Shown: positions 50,228 through 62,944 of the stretch, one piece after another
Numbering within the stretch: position 1 is the stretch's first letter
How the letters are laid out: every line of letters begins with the position of its first letter
Notes under the pieces: model-generated
What the model was told of the DNA's origin: nothing
The model's input: the letters and a program-made list of their open reading frames with translations, nothing else
Databases searched by the model: none
NCBI RefSeq assembly: GCF_963921235.1
Contig: NC_086097.1
Location: forward strand, 143,098,001-143,162,000
Source: Mobula hypostoma
Taxonomy: Eukaryota
Direction: 5' to 3'
Length of the DNA: 64,000 nucleotides
Made by a program: the position numbers and the translations under genes

Positions 50228-53168
50228 TACCTCTTCCCAGAGATGCTGCCTGGCCTGCTGCGTTCACCAGCAACGTTGATGTGTGTTGCTGGGATGTTTT
50301 AACAAGGGTTTAACTTTTATCTATGACCCTTGTTATAATGGGTAAACCCAAGTGATTCAGATTAATACTGTAAGCCTGAGAATCTTCACAGAGATTTGAG
50401 AGGCTACAGATTCACTTCTCAGTTTAGTCATTGGTGAACTATGTCATATTCAATATTGAGTTGGATGGATTGATGGAATGTCATGTTTTGGGAAAAGGGA
50501 AAATAATTTGAATGAAGGTTGCATAGTTGCTGAGACAAATAGCCTTTTTCAATATTTTGACTTCTAAGTGTTCGTTTTCTAATTGAGAAAATACTTGTGG
50601 TGAAGTCAGGATTAACTCTGGTGATATGTTACCATCATCTACAGGCTGGAATCTTTTATGAAAATGGTCAATAGTCATTTTTGTAAAGCATCAATGGCTG
50701 GGGCTGCAAATAAAAAAAGCATCTCAGAGATGCTGAGAAATTAAGCCATGGAAAAATAAAATGGGTTGCATTTTTGACCTAATGCACCATGAAGTGGTAC
50801 TGAACGCCTTACATGTCAGCTGATTTTGAAGGCTCTGGCAGCCAAAGGCATTATCTGTGATCACTGCCATTTTGTGCATGACAGTGTCAGCTATGACTCA
50901 GTCAGAAGCAAGAACATAATCTGGAGCAGCACTGAAGGTTGATGATACACCGAGATTAGACTTTTAGATGTACAGTACGTGTATATTTACATGTACACAT
51001 GATTAGCACCAGACCGGGAATGTAGTGTATTTTGGCCCGTATGTGTCGGTCTGTCAATCAGCATCACCTGAGAAAGATAAGCTGGCTATCATCACAATAT
51101 TGTTTATGAGACTATGCTGTGTCAAAATGGCTGCTGCCTCTTCTAAATAAGCAGAGCAGCTAGACTTTGTATTTCAAAATATCAATCTGCTGGAGGAACT
51201 GTAGCATGTGTAGAGGCAAAAGGATGGTTGACATTTTGGATCAAGTAATCATCCCTTTGCAACCACAGAAGTTACCTGACCTACTGAGTCTCTCTGATGG
51301 TTTTATTTTGTTTCTAGTTTGTTCCACATTCCAGCATCTGCTATTTCTTGTGTCTCTATTGGAAGCATCTCATCCTTGGGATAAAAAGGTGGTGCAAATT
51401 TTCAGGGTTTTCATTGGTTAAAAAGAATCAGATATTTAAAAAGAATTTTGGGTGCAGTGAGGCTGATGTCCTTGCTACCCAGGGTGGTATAGATGCACTC
51501 CATGACTGATCTCAAGCATTGCAGAGCAGTGCTGAGCAGGCACTTTGATAAGCCAGCACCAGTTCATTATCTGCCAGTTCAAGTCAGTGTTAAAGATCTC
51601 GTGGCTGCATTCGGGATATAGAGACACAGTGAATTTCAGAGGCCACAGGATGAGTGGTTCAGTAGTCGAGAACTATTAAACCAGAGAAATTCTACAACTG
51701 TAGTTCAAAAAGATGAATTCAGGTTTAAAACCCAGGAAGCAAAAAAGCTGGCAATAAGTAAAGACAGTTGTCAGATAAAAAGAACTCATCTTGTTTAGTG
51801 CCATCTTCTGTGGAAGGATTGTATCTTGTCTAATTGGCCTCTGAAATGCCAAACTATATGGTATTCCAGGGAAAGGTTGCCTTCTTAGAGCACCTGTGTA
51901 CGGGACACCCATATCCCAGGAAAAATCAATTGCAAATAATAGCCCCTATGTAGCTCCACAGATTAACTCGTCAACTGTCTGTCACATACTGCTGGTTGTT
52001 ACGGAGAACAAATGCTGTACTTCCTTATAGACCAACTGTTAACAGCTATTCAGTAGGTGAAAAGCTTCAGGACAAGAGTGAAAGGGTCTCAGACATACGC
52101 AAATACAAACACAGAACTATTTGTGCCATTTACCATCAAAAGATCACATCGCGATGATTAGAACAGTTTAAAAGCAGGTACCAAAAGTAGCTTCAGTTTA
52201 AAGACTGATGTGTATACACTCCAAAAATAAAAATGGCCAGCTTTTAAAAAAGTCTATTCATGATCCATTCTTGAGCAGTAAAAATAACTGGCTTATCTCC
52301 ACACAATTGAAGTTTTAATACTTCCTGAAAAGCACAAGAATAAAAACAACTGAATTTACAATTTCATTACCTCGGATGCTGGCAAAAGAGGCTGAGAAAT
52401 GGATAAGTCCATTATCTGCCCACTTGCAGCAGCTCTCCTGAAGAATGTGTGTAGAGGGAGGCAATTGGTAACAGTGATGAGTGATGGCTGTTTGCACAGT
52501 GGGCTCTCGACAGGCTCCCTGCGACACAGGACTCCATGATATACTGAACTCCAAGCAGATCAGACAAGCCAGGAAGTGGCAAGTTACACAGACAAGACAG
52601 CTATATGCTTCCTCTCTCTCTCTCGCTCTTTGTGCTAATCTCTATCTTGTTGAATCAACAAGCTTATGAAGGATGTGGCAAATCGTTTTGTGCCCTGTCT
52701 ACAAACAAAACAAAAGTAATAGATATATTCTTCCCTTTCTGAAACCATTCTAACATGCCAGAATGGCCTGAATTTGTGGACAGAGTATCCTTACAGACAG
52801 TATTATAGTTGAACCCAGTGCAATCTTGCACAGGGACACAAGGCAAAATATAAAATCTCTATTAGCACTTTAGTTCAAATCACAATTCTATTTGATGAGC
52901 AACCTTGCTCGTGGCTACTTCACTATAACAAGACAACAGAATGCATTGCAGAACTTACACTTCTCTGATCAGGCTCTTAATAGCTCCTGAGTAATTTCAG
53001 AGCTATCATCTCTACCACCAAGGAGAGAGCAGCAGTACAACGGGAACAGCATCACTTCAATGTTCTCTAAAAGTCTCACACCATCTTGTCTTGTATGCAT
53101 CCAATCAATAGTAACAGCATTCCAGCATTCCAGTTCTTCAAGTGGCATCTATGTGAGAGCCTCCTTTT

Positions 53169-53377
53169 CATAGAACATAGAAACCTAGAAAACCTACAGC
53201 ACAATACAGGCCCCTCGGCCCACAAAGCTGTGCCGAACAAGTCCCTATCTTAGAACTACCTAGGCTTTACCCATAGCTCTATATTTTTCTAAGCTCCATG
53301 TAACCATCCAGGAGTCTCTTAAAAGATCCTATCGTTTCCGCCTCCACCGCTGGCGGCGGCAACCCATTCCACGCACA
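53169..53377 (-). mobile_element. CR1 3' tail, young
   Basis: (catagaa)n-type tail, cagcacaatacaggcccctcggcccaca and cattccacgcac, similar to the end at 18718. Confidence 0.8.
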
Positions 53378-53569
53378 TTGAATGGAGAAAGTCCACCAAC
53401 TTCTCCTCAAGGTAAACAAGTGACTTTCATTAAAATATTTCTTCAAAGTAAATACTTAGCAAGCATGCACCTGGGAATTAAACCCATTATATAACCCCCC
53501 CCCAGCAAAATTCATAGAAGGAATAATTTGCAAGTTTAAGAACAAACCTTTTAAACAGAAAAATATTTT

Positions 53570-56500
53570 ACATAGTCATAGAGCAGTACAGCTCAGGTAC
53601 AGGCCCTTCAGCCCAATGAGCCTCAACCACTTCCTCTGGAACTCACTTCATATATACACTACCCTCCTTTGCCCCTGATGTCTTTTTCAAAATCTTTCCC
53701 CTTTTACCTTAAACCTATGCTCCCTAGTTTTAGAATCCCCAACTCTGAGGAAAAGACTTTTACCATCCATCTTATCCATGCCTTTCATAATTTTAAACAT
53801 TTCATACCTCTTTCAGGGTTGGCCCTCATTCTCCAATGCTCCAAGGAATAAAGACCTAACCTGCTGAGTCTCTCCCGATAACTCGGGGCCTCTAATCCTG
53901 CCACATCCGCATTTATCTTTGCAGTTTAACTGTGTCTTTCACATAATGAGACACACAAAACTATACTTAATTCAGCCTCATTCATAACTTGTATAACTAC
54001 AGCATAATATTCTAAATCCTTAGTCAGTGCCATGAATGAGGAAGACTAGCATGCTTTTTCATTGCCCCTTCTATTGGTGATGCTACTTTCAATGAACTAT
54101 TCACTTGTACTCTTAGGTCCCTCTATCCCATTACACTCCTAGGGGCCCTACCATTCACTGTATGTCCTATCCTAGTTTGATCTTCCAAAATGCAATACCT
54201 CATATTTATCTGGATTGCAAGTCATTTGCTGGTCCTCAGTCCACTTCCCCAACTGATCAAGAGACCCTGTAATCCAAGCTAACCTTCTTCACTATCAACA
54301 ACACTTACTAATTTTGTGTCATCCATAAACTTACTGATCAAGCCTTTAGCATTCGCATCCTGATCTTTTCTATAAATAGGGAACAGCAAGGGTCGTAACA
54401 TTAACCCCTGCACCACAAAACTAGTCACTGGCCTTCATTCCAAGAAACACTTCAACCACCACCGCCTGCTTCCCAACTTGAGCCAATTTTGAATCCAACT
54501 AGCCAACTCTCCCTGGATTCCAGGAGACTTAACCTTTCTGACCAGCCGACCATACTGGTCCTCGTCAAAAGCCTTGCCAACACCAACTATCTTATCCTTA
54601 TCTAGCTGTTGGGTTTTACTTCTTAAAAGAACTTTAAAAGTTCATCAAGCACGACTTCCCATGCACAAAGTCATGCTGACTCTTCCTGAACCGATTCTAT
54701 CTATCTAAGTGCTGGTAGATCCCATCTTACAGAGTTCCCCCCAGGAACTCACCCACTATTGATGTCAGGCTGACTGATTTGTGTTTCCCTGGCTTCCCCC
54801 TGCTACCTTTCTTAAATAATAGGACAACCTCAGTCACCTTCCTGTCTTTCGGAACATTACTGGATAGCTAATGATGAAGCAAATATCTTCTCAAGATCAT
54901 CCAGAATTTCTCTTTGGCTCTCCACAAAATACAAGGCTGTATTTGGTCAAGGGACTCTCTCTCTCTCTCTCCCTACCCACCCTTTCACTCTTAATAAGGT
55001 GCTGGAACTTTTTGGATACTTTCCTAAACTTTACCTGCCAGACTCATCTCATACCCTTTCTCTGACCTCCTCATTTCCCTCTTAAGTATCCTTAATCAGT
55101 TTATAATTGTTAAGGGATTCATCTGATCCTGATATCCTAAACCCATTGAATGCTTTCTTCTTTTCCTTGACCAAAGCTTCAATATCTAATTTTAGCCACT
55201 ATTCCCTAAACTTGCCAACTTTACCCTTCACTCTAACAAGAATACAATGCTTCTGGACTCTTGATATGAAACTCTTAAAGCTCCCCACTTGTCATTCATT
55301 CCTTTCCTTTCAAACAGACCCACCTAGTCAACTTCTGCTAGATCCCATTTAATTCCCCAAAATCAACTCTGCTCCAGTTCAGGATCCTTTACGCTGGATC
55401 TTTTCCAGCAATATCTTAAAACTAATAGAATGATGCACACTGGAGTCAAAGTGCTTCCTGACTGCCACTTCAATTACTTACCCTACTTTGTTCCCCAACA
55501 GGAGGTTCAGTATTGCACCTTCTTGAGCAGACCCTCAATATACGGACTCGGAAAACTTTCCTGGACAATTTTCACAAATACCACCCTTCTAGGCTCTTAA
55601 CACTCTGCCTCACCCAGTCAATACTGGGGAAATTAAAATTTACCATTAACACAACCCTACTATTCTTGCAACTATGAGCAATTTCTCTGCACACCTCAAG
55701 TTTCCACTGACTATTGGGTGGGTCCATAATACAGGCTCACTACAGGGACCCTCCCCTTCTTGTTTCTAATTCAGAGCCTCGTTGAATGTTCCCCTAAGGA
55801 TGTCATCTCAAAACATTGCTGTTACATCCTCCCTGGTCAAAAAGGTACACTCTCGTCACTGACCTGCACCTGTCATGCCTACGGCATCTGTATCCCGGAA
55901 TGCTGAGCAGACAGTCCTGCTTTCCTCCCAGGCAGGTTTCCATTATGGGTATAATATCCCAGTCCTCAGATCCAATCCACACTCCAGCTTCATCCTTCTT
56001 ACCTACTAAACCGCGAGCATTGGAATAGTGTTCCTTTCTCTGCCTTTACTGTAACCCTGGCTATCCTGATTACTACACTTACTCTCACTGGCTACTGCTT
56101 TATCCAATGACTTGCTCCTGCTCCAGGTCTCATACCCCTTCCAAATTACTTTAAGTCCTCCTGTGCAGCACAGTCAAATTTTCCGACAAGGATATTAGTC
56201 CCTCTCTAGTTCAAGTGCAATTTGAGCCTCTTCTAATGGCTGCTTCTGTTCCAGAAGAGATTGCAATGGTCCAAGAACTTGATTCCCTGCCTCCTGCACC
56301 CACTCCTCAGTCACAAATTCATCTGGACAATGCTTCAATTTCTGACCTTGTGAGCATGTGGCACTGGGAGTCATCCGGAAATTATTACCCTCAAGGTCCG
56401 GCTTCTTAACTTCTTACCCAAGTCTTTACTTTCTGTTCTGTAGTCTCACCTAATGGAAACATCTACATAAAGTGGTAGATACAGCCCAGTCCATCAAAAG

Positions 56501-57170
56501 CAAAGCCCTCCCCACTGCTGAAACATTTTATGAGCAGCACTGCCCCAAGAAAGAAGTATCCATCATCAAGGACCCCTACCATCCAGACCACGCTCTCTAC
56601 TCACTACTATCATTGGGCAGGAGATACAGCAGCCTTAGGTTCCACTCCACCAAAGTCATGAACAATTATTACCTTACAACCATAGGCCTCCTGAACCGGT
56701 AAGGACTTCACTCATCTCAACTCGGAACTGATTCCACAACCTACAGACTCACTTTCAAAGATCCACCACTCGTGTTCTCAGTATTGTTTGTCTTTTTCTT
56801 TGCACAATTTTTCTTCTTTTGCACATTGATTTCTGTTTTTGTTTATGCTTAGTTTTTCATACACACTATTCTCCTTTATTTTCCTGTAAATGTCTGCAAG
56901 AAAATGAATCTTAAGGTAGTATATGGTGACACATATGTAATTTGACAATAAATTGACTTTAACTAAAACTCCCTCTACTCATTCCGCAGCACCCCATCAT
57001 TTATTCTACTGATGTTACTTGTACCAACATGTATAATGACCTCTGACTGTTTACCCTCCCCCCTGAGTACTTTCTATAGCTACTCAGAAACTTCCTTCAC
57101 TCTGGAACCCAGGAGGCATACACCATCTTACCACCTTTTCTGCAGCCAAAGAAATATATCCAAATCAGTT
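53570..57170 (-). mobile_element. Old CR1 LINE spanning ORF1 (esterase-like), endonuclease, RT and tail, with deletions
   Basis: Minus-strand remnants VIIHVGT, GKKLRSRT.RVIISG, G.FNFPSIDW, SGL.QG, K.MDDTKI and CR1 tail gggctgaagggcctgtacctgagctgtac. Confidence 0.8.
56450..56960 (+). mobile_element. Rex1/Babar 3' fragment nested in CR1 ORF1
   Basis: ORF 56472..56702 (SIIKDPYHPDHALYSLLSLGRRYSSL) and tail gacaataaattgacttt. Confidence 0.8.
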
Positions 57171-58849
57171 TTAAATAAACTCAGTGACCACATCTCCACA
57201 GTCCCCTGGGTGTGAAGACTTTGGAAGTTCATCACCTTCTGAGTGAAGAAACTTTTCTCACATTAGCACTTAATTACCCATCTTCCCGACTAGAATAATT
57301 CCCTTCAGCCAAGGGAAACACCTCCATTCATCACAAAGCTGCTCGGCTCCGGAAAATTAGCTGGCATCATCCATTAATGTCAAATTTTCCCTCATTTTTT
57401 GTAATTTCAGATATCTACAACTATCATCAGAACTTGCATTTATGTCCCACTGTTTACACAATAAATTACTCAAGACGTATCACTAAAGTGTTACTGAACA
57501 AAGTTGCACATCAAATAGCAGCATATGAGGATAGAAAAGATCAGAAATGTGGTTTAAGTGTTAAGTTTTAGAGACCATCTTAAGAAAGAGACAGAGATAA
57601 ATGCTTAGAGAGGGAAGTTCAGAGTTTGGTGCTTGGCACCTGAAAGTATAGCAACAGCTGGTAGAAAGATTAAAGTCTGGGATATGCAGGACAGCAAGAT
57701 TTCAGGAAGAGCTTAAGCTGGTTACTGTAACTGAGAGAAGCAAATATACTTAGTTAGTCAGTTAACCATTTATTTAGAGATACAGCTCAAAACATGCCCT
57801 TCCTACCCTTTGAGCGTTGCCGCCTAGCAACCCACTGCTTTCACCCTAGCCTAATCACATGGAGACTGCTCACACTTAAAGCAATGAATGTCTCACTTCC
57901 TCTTTATCAGGATTTATATCCCACATACTGAATGTTGGCAAAAAAAACAATCTTTTGATTGACATTGATGAAGTCTACACATACACTTTTGAGAACTGAG
58001 TGTACCTTAAACTATGATCTGAATTCATTGGATTACCAGAAACAACTATTTTATTTGGGAATAGCTGCTTTTATTCACAAATGTTCTGTGGTACCTGGGT
58101 GACAGAACTTGCAGCAAAAACCATCCTTCAAATTAGCACTCATTCCATCTGCTGTCAATCATCAGCAAAGTTTACATAGGTATGATAAGTTGCTGACTGA
58201 TCTGTTTTGGGCTTCATCAGGACATTCTGCTCGACACCTCATCACAGTCTTGGTCCAAAGAGTGAACTGGCTACTTCTGACATCATGGGCAACATTAACT
58301 CACCACTCTATACAAGAAGTGTGGCATCATGAAGCTCTGGTCGAACTTAAGTGAATTGGTATCAAGAGAAAAATACTTCAATGCAGGAGTTAAACCTCAG
58401 TCAATGGAAGATTTTGATGGTGTTCAATTAACATCACAAGAATTCCTTGGGGCAGTATTTGAGGCTGCTTCATTAAGATGTTCCTACCAAATAAATGTCA
58501 GAAAGTGGTATTCATATTTACTTACTCAATGTTTGATGTCATTCTCAACTCCTCAGGAAATCAAGAAAACATTAAGGAATGAGCTGATAAGTGAAAAGCA
58601 ATATTTATGCTATACATGCCAGGCAATAACCATGTCAAGGAGTGTTTAATCAGCCAGACCCAATACCTAAAAGCACTGCTTTACTAGGCCACCCACCACT
58701 AACAGTCTTAGAGACTCAAATGGGCCAACCACAGATACTGTGATAACAAGAACAAGTTACAGAAACTGTTACAATGACTTACCCCATGAGAGCCCATATA
58801 TACCACATGGCACATCAAGAATGTAACAGAAATACTATCCACTAGCCTG

Positions 58850-59160
58850 CTGTATAGAATGAGACCCTTTGGCCCATAAAGGTCTACACTGACCATCAGG
58901 TACCTACTTGCATTAAACATACACTAGGCCATTAAATCCTCCCAACATTCCAACTACCACTTGCATTAAACTGGGACAATTTGGTTTCTAGTGGACATAC
59001 TAAACCTGGTCTTTGGGATGTGGAGGGAAACCAGAACATATTAAGGTAACCCACACAGACACAAGGAGAACATGCAAACTCAACACAGAGGCTGGGATTG
59101 ACTCTGGGCTGCTGAAGCTGAGAGACAATAATTCTACACCCTTCACTACTCTGCCGCCCC
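58850..59160 (-). mobile_element. tRNA-derived SINE (HE1-like)
   Basis: Minus strand agagtcaatcc (B-box-like), gagtttgcatgttctcc core and CR1-like tail. Confidence 0.65.
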
Positions 59161-59334
59161 GAATTCTCAAGCTGTTTGATCCCCCTTCCACCATCATCAA
59201 CATTCATTTCTTCCACCACTGCTTGTGTTTACAATTTCTACCAGTTAAAAAAATGCACTGTAGTGATTCATTCAGGCTACTGTGATGTCACCTCCAAATC
59301 CAGCAACTCCACCAAAGATGAGCACTTCAGACAA

Positions 59335-60420
59335 ACTGCTAGAAGAATTCAGTGGGTCAAAAAGCATCTGAAGGGGAAAAGGGATGATTGACAGTTTGGG
59401 TCAAGATCCTGCATGAGGACTAATGGAAGACAGTATGCACACATAAGTGAGAAATGAGACAGAGGCCGGAGAGAGATAGATGGAAATAGATGAGGTGGGG
59501 GGCGGGGGGAGGGAGAATAATATGTAGGTAGAGCCAGGTGAGGGGCAAGGAGAGGAACAAATTAGTTTTGAGACAGAGGTGACAACAGCAAAGAGGAAAT
59601 AAGAAATAAAATCTTCCAGATATTTGAAACCGATGGAGAAGGCTTGAAAAAGAGGCTGTTATGTGACAGATTGACCAGATGAAGAATAGATGGGTAGATG
59701 AAACCAGGTGAAGCATCAAGATAAAGGGATGGCTTTCTTTCAGATGGTAAGGGGAGTAGTTGGTGGTATGAGAGTCAATAGATTTGTAGCCGTTATCAGT
59801 GGTTGCTTGCCTTTTGAGATGGCAGAAGTAGTCAAGATAAACTTCAGGCCAGAGTGGAAGTGGTACTTAAAATGGTAAAGGTGACAAGTTCTGCACAAGT
59901 GTTGGTAGAAACACCAATGCAGTCATCACTGTAGCAGAGAAAGATTTGGGGCTATTTGTCAGAGTAGGTTTGGAATAAGGGCCATTATTTATAAGCCATC
60001 AAAAGGACAGATATAACTGGGGTCATACAGATGTCTGTGGCAACACATTTGATTTGTGGAAAGGGGGAGGAATTGAAAGAGAATTTAATGAGGTTGATGA
60101 GAGATTTAGTAGAGGGAACTGGAAGATGTTAAGATGTTGGAAGACACGAGAGATGTCCTTGAAGGAGAGGGGAAGAGACTGAACAAGGAAAGACAGGATA
60201 GAATCAAGTTATTAAGTCATAACTTTGATGTGGCAAGGACAGGCAGAAAGAACAGGTCCACCGGACAGTCCTCCTGTGGGTCTTAGATAAAAACTGGCAG
60301 AGGGTGTTTAGGGCAGTATCAGATCGGATGCTGTGGAAAGGAGATCCCTGATGTGATTAAATTTGTAATTTATACAATGCCCTCGTGGTCATAGGAGTCA
60401 TGGTCTTGGAGAAGGCAAGA
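59335..60420 (-). mobile_element. Old Penelope-like element: pLTR plus RT remnants
   Basis: Reverse pLTR at ~59340-59420. Minus-strand remnants resemble VA....M.PSY.C.F.G and Y.DDCIG. Confidence 0.6.
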
Positions 60421-61613
60421 AGAAGCATTCATGATCCACCACTACAAGATGTTGGAAAGTACTGCAAGAGTATTTTAGCCAGAAGGACTGCAGCTGTTCA
60501 AGGTAGTGGCTCAACAGATAATTGAATTCCTAACACCTAATGTGGTCTAGAATCTTAAGTTTAACACCTGAAATTGAAATTGAAAAAAGAATGATATATC
60601 AACTTGGTATGACTTCAATGTACCCGATAAAAATAAACACAGCAAATCCTGACACACTGCAACCTTTGAAATTGGTTACAATTTGGAGCATCATTGATTA
60701 ATTAGGTGACACAAGATTTGGATAAATTTGCTCCTTAAGTTGAATGAAGTATCCATTTTATCAAAGACGCCAATTATTACCTGCCTCACCACCAGCAACT
60801 ATCTCTACCCTCTTATCTACCAGGTCCCTGCTATTCAAATCAAAAACTTTCGTATCTACCTTTTCCCAGCTCTGATGAAGGGCCACCAACATCTAAGTTT
60901 CTTTTGTATGCCGCCTGACATACTAAGTATTTGCAAAATGTTTCCATTTTATTTCACATTTCCAGCATTCACTAAAATCTACCAATGCTTTACTAAGAAC
61001 CTTCCTTCTTATCATATGTAGAAACACCTACTGATGATTGTGTTCTTCATTTGCATTTGTAGCTCAGAGGATGCATTATTTTACAGTCACGCAGTAATTC
61101 AGGTATGGGCAGACACGTGGCACAAAGTGCAGACAACAATCACCTTCGACAGCATTCCGGCATCTTACCCTTCACATTCAAAAGTATTACAATTTCTCCA
61201 GCTTTAACTTATTTGGCTGGGATGATCGTTTATAACTGGAGATTCAAGCAGACTAGCAATATGGAAATTCTGAGTGCTTGGACAGGTAAGAGGCTGGGTA
61301 TCCTGACAGGATGCTTTCTCTCCAATTTGCCAAAGTCTCTTCACCATATGCACATGTCAAGAGAGTGATGTGTAGCCTATTTTGCACTTTATTCTGGAAT
61401 ATTACATAACTCACAGTCTTGGAACACCAAGGAAACGTCTGGATTTGTGAACTTTAAAGCATGATATATTCAAGGATACAATAAAATGACACAGTTTAAG
61501 ATAGTGACCCCACAGACATTAAACTACAAGAAACAAGCCAAGATATACATCCCTCATTCCATCTATTGACAAAAAGGACAAGAGGTACAGGCCCAAAGGA
61601 ACACCTTCTTTTG

Positions 61614-61843
61614 GAGCAACACACATCAAAGTTGCTGGTGAACGCAGCAGGCCAGGCAGCATCTCTAGGAAGAGGTACAGTTGACATTTCAGGCCGAGAC
61701 CCTTCCTCAGGACTGGCAAAGGGTCTCGGCCTGAAACGTCGACTATACCTCTTTCCTAGAGATGCTGCCTGGCCTGCTGCGTTCACCAGCAATTTTGAAG
61801 TGTGTTGCTTGAAATTCCAGCATCTGCAGAATTCCTCGTGTTT
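61614..61843. mobile_element. Young 230-bp Penelope-derived fold-back element
   Basis: 11-bp TSD ACCTTCTTTTG (61603-61613 and 61844-61854). Two ~95-bp inverted arms are nearly identical to the arms of 48887-50290. No coding sequence. Confidence 0.93.
61678..61715 (-). ncRNA. Minimal hammerhead motif, partly mutated
   Basis: CAGUC CUGAGGA AGGGUCUCGGCCU GAAA UG UC^AACUG. The boxes are retained, but the ACGU palindrome and first stem-I pair are altered. Confidence 0.6.
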
Positions 61844-62102
61844 ACCTTCTTTTGCAAGTTCAGTCCTGTGAAAGAATCTAGTACCTTTCACCCTCTGTAT
61901 CTGAATCTAAGTCTAGGAACTCTGTATCCGATAGTACTGTGGGAACACCTTCACCAAAAGGACTGCAGTGATTCAAGAAAGCAGTTTGTCATCACATTCA
62001 AGTGCAATTTGAAATCAGTAATAAATGTTGGCCTTAGCTGGTGTCAACTATGAATAAGAAATTTGTGTACAAAGACAAATTTAGATTTAGTGAAAATGTA
62101 AT

Positions 62103-62159
62103 GAATCTGTTCTCCTTACACTTGAACCCAATATGGTCAAGTGTAAGGAGAACAGATTC
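62103..62159. repeat. Perfect 23-bp inverted repeat with an 11-nt spacer
   Basis: gaatctgttctccttacacttga (62103-62125) and tcaagtgtaaggagaacagattc (62137-62159). Confidence 0.95.
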
Positions 62160-62944
62160 TCACATCTTCACACAAATAGACATTCATGCTATTATTTTAG
62201 TAAAAGCTTAAGTGGGCACCAATGTCAGCATGGACTGTTTGGGCTGAATTGCCTGAATATATGATGTATTGCTCCATGACCTCATAACTCTGCACCTCCC
62301 TAAAGCCTTGGGATTCTTCAAAAATTATGACATCCTGAGCTGAAAGCAATTCTACAGCTGAGGCAATTAGTGCCTTACATTTTAAAATATTACTTTACAC
62401 CTTGTGTTGAGAATTGTATGGTACTGTTTATAAAGCTTAGAAATGTCTACCTTTATTTTAAAAAAGAAAGCTTTTCAAATGGCCCTGCCACATTGAAAGC
62501 ATTCCACATGAAAGCCATGAAGCCTCTCGGTTCCTATCTCCCTTTAAAATGGAACCGTGTAGATTGTAAATTGCTGCCACTATTTCTTCTTAACAAATTG
62601 CATCAGTTTGTACATTTCACTTTCTATCCAAACATATATTTAACCAGTGCCACGGCCTCCAAAATCTGTTACCATTGTCCTCATTGTTTATAACAGTTCT
62701 GAGTTAAGTGTCATCTACAAACTTTGAGATTACTCTCTGTTTACCAAAGTCAAGGTCATTCACGCACACTAACAAGAATTGCCCTAGTACTTGCATACTT
62801 CCTTCTTCTGAGAAAGTTTCATTTACGACAATCTTCTGCTTTCTGTAATAACCTCATTTTTTTCATCCACTCTCCCTTTAATGACAAGCCTTTAAACTCT
62901 GTCAATTGCTGTCTTCTGTGGGTATTCTGGAAATCTAGAACTAA

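Larger units (their letters stand above)
48887..50290 (+). mobile_element. Young Penelope-like (probably Neptune-clade) element: inverted pLTRs flanking a truncated RT ORF
   Basis: TSD (CT)GGGATGTTTTAA at 48873-48886 and 50289-50302, with ~100-bp inverted arms. ORF remnants are LSEAERSVLSKGL, FFRRLRLRAYFF, IIKPADKGGAVVVW and FYLLPKIHKP..PGRPIVS, truncated at FIFT just before RT motif A. Confidence 0.95.
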
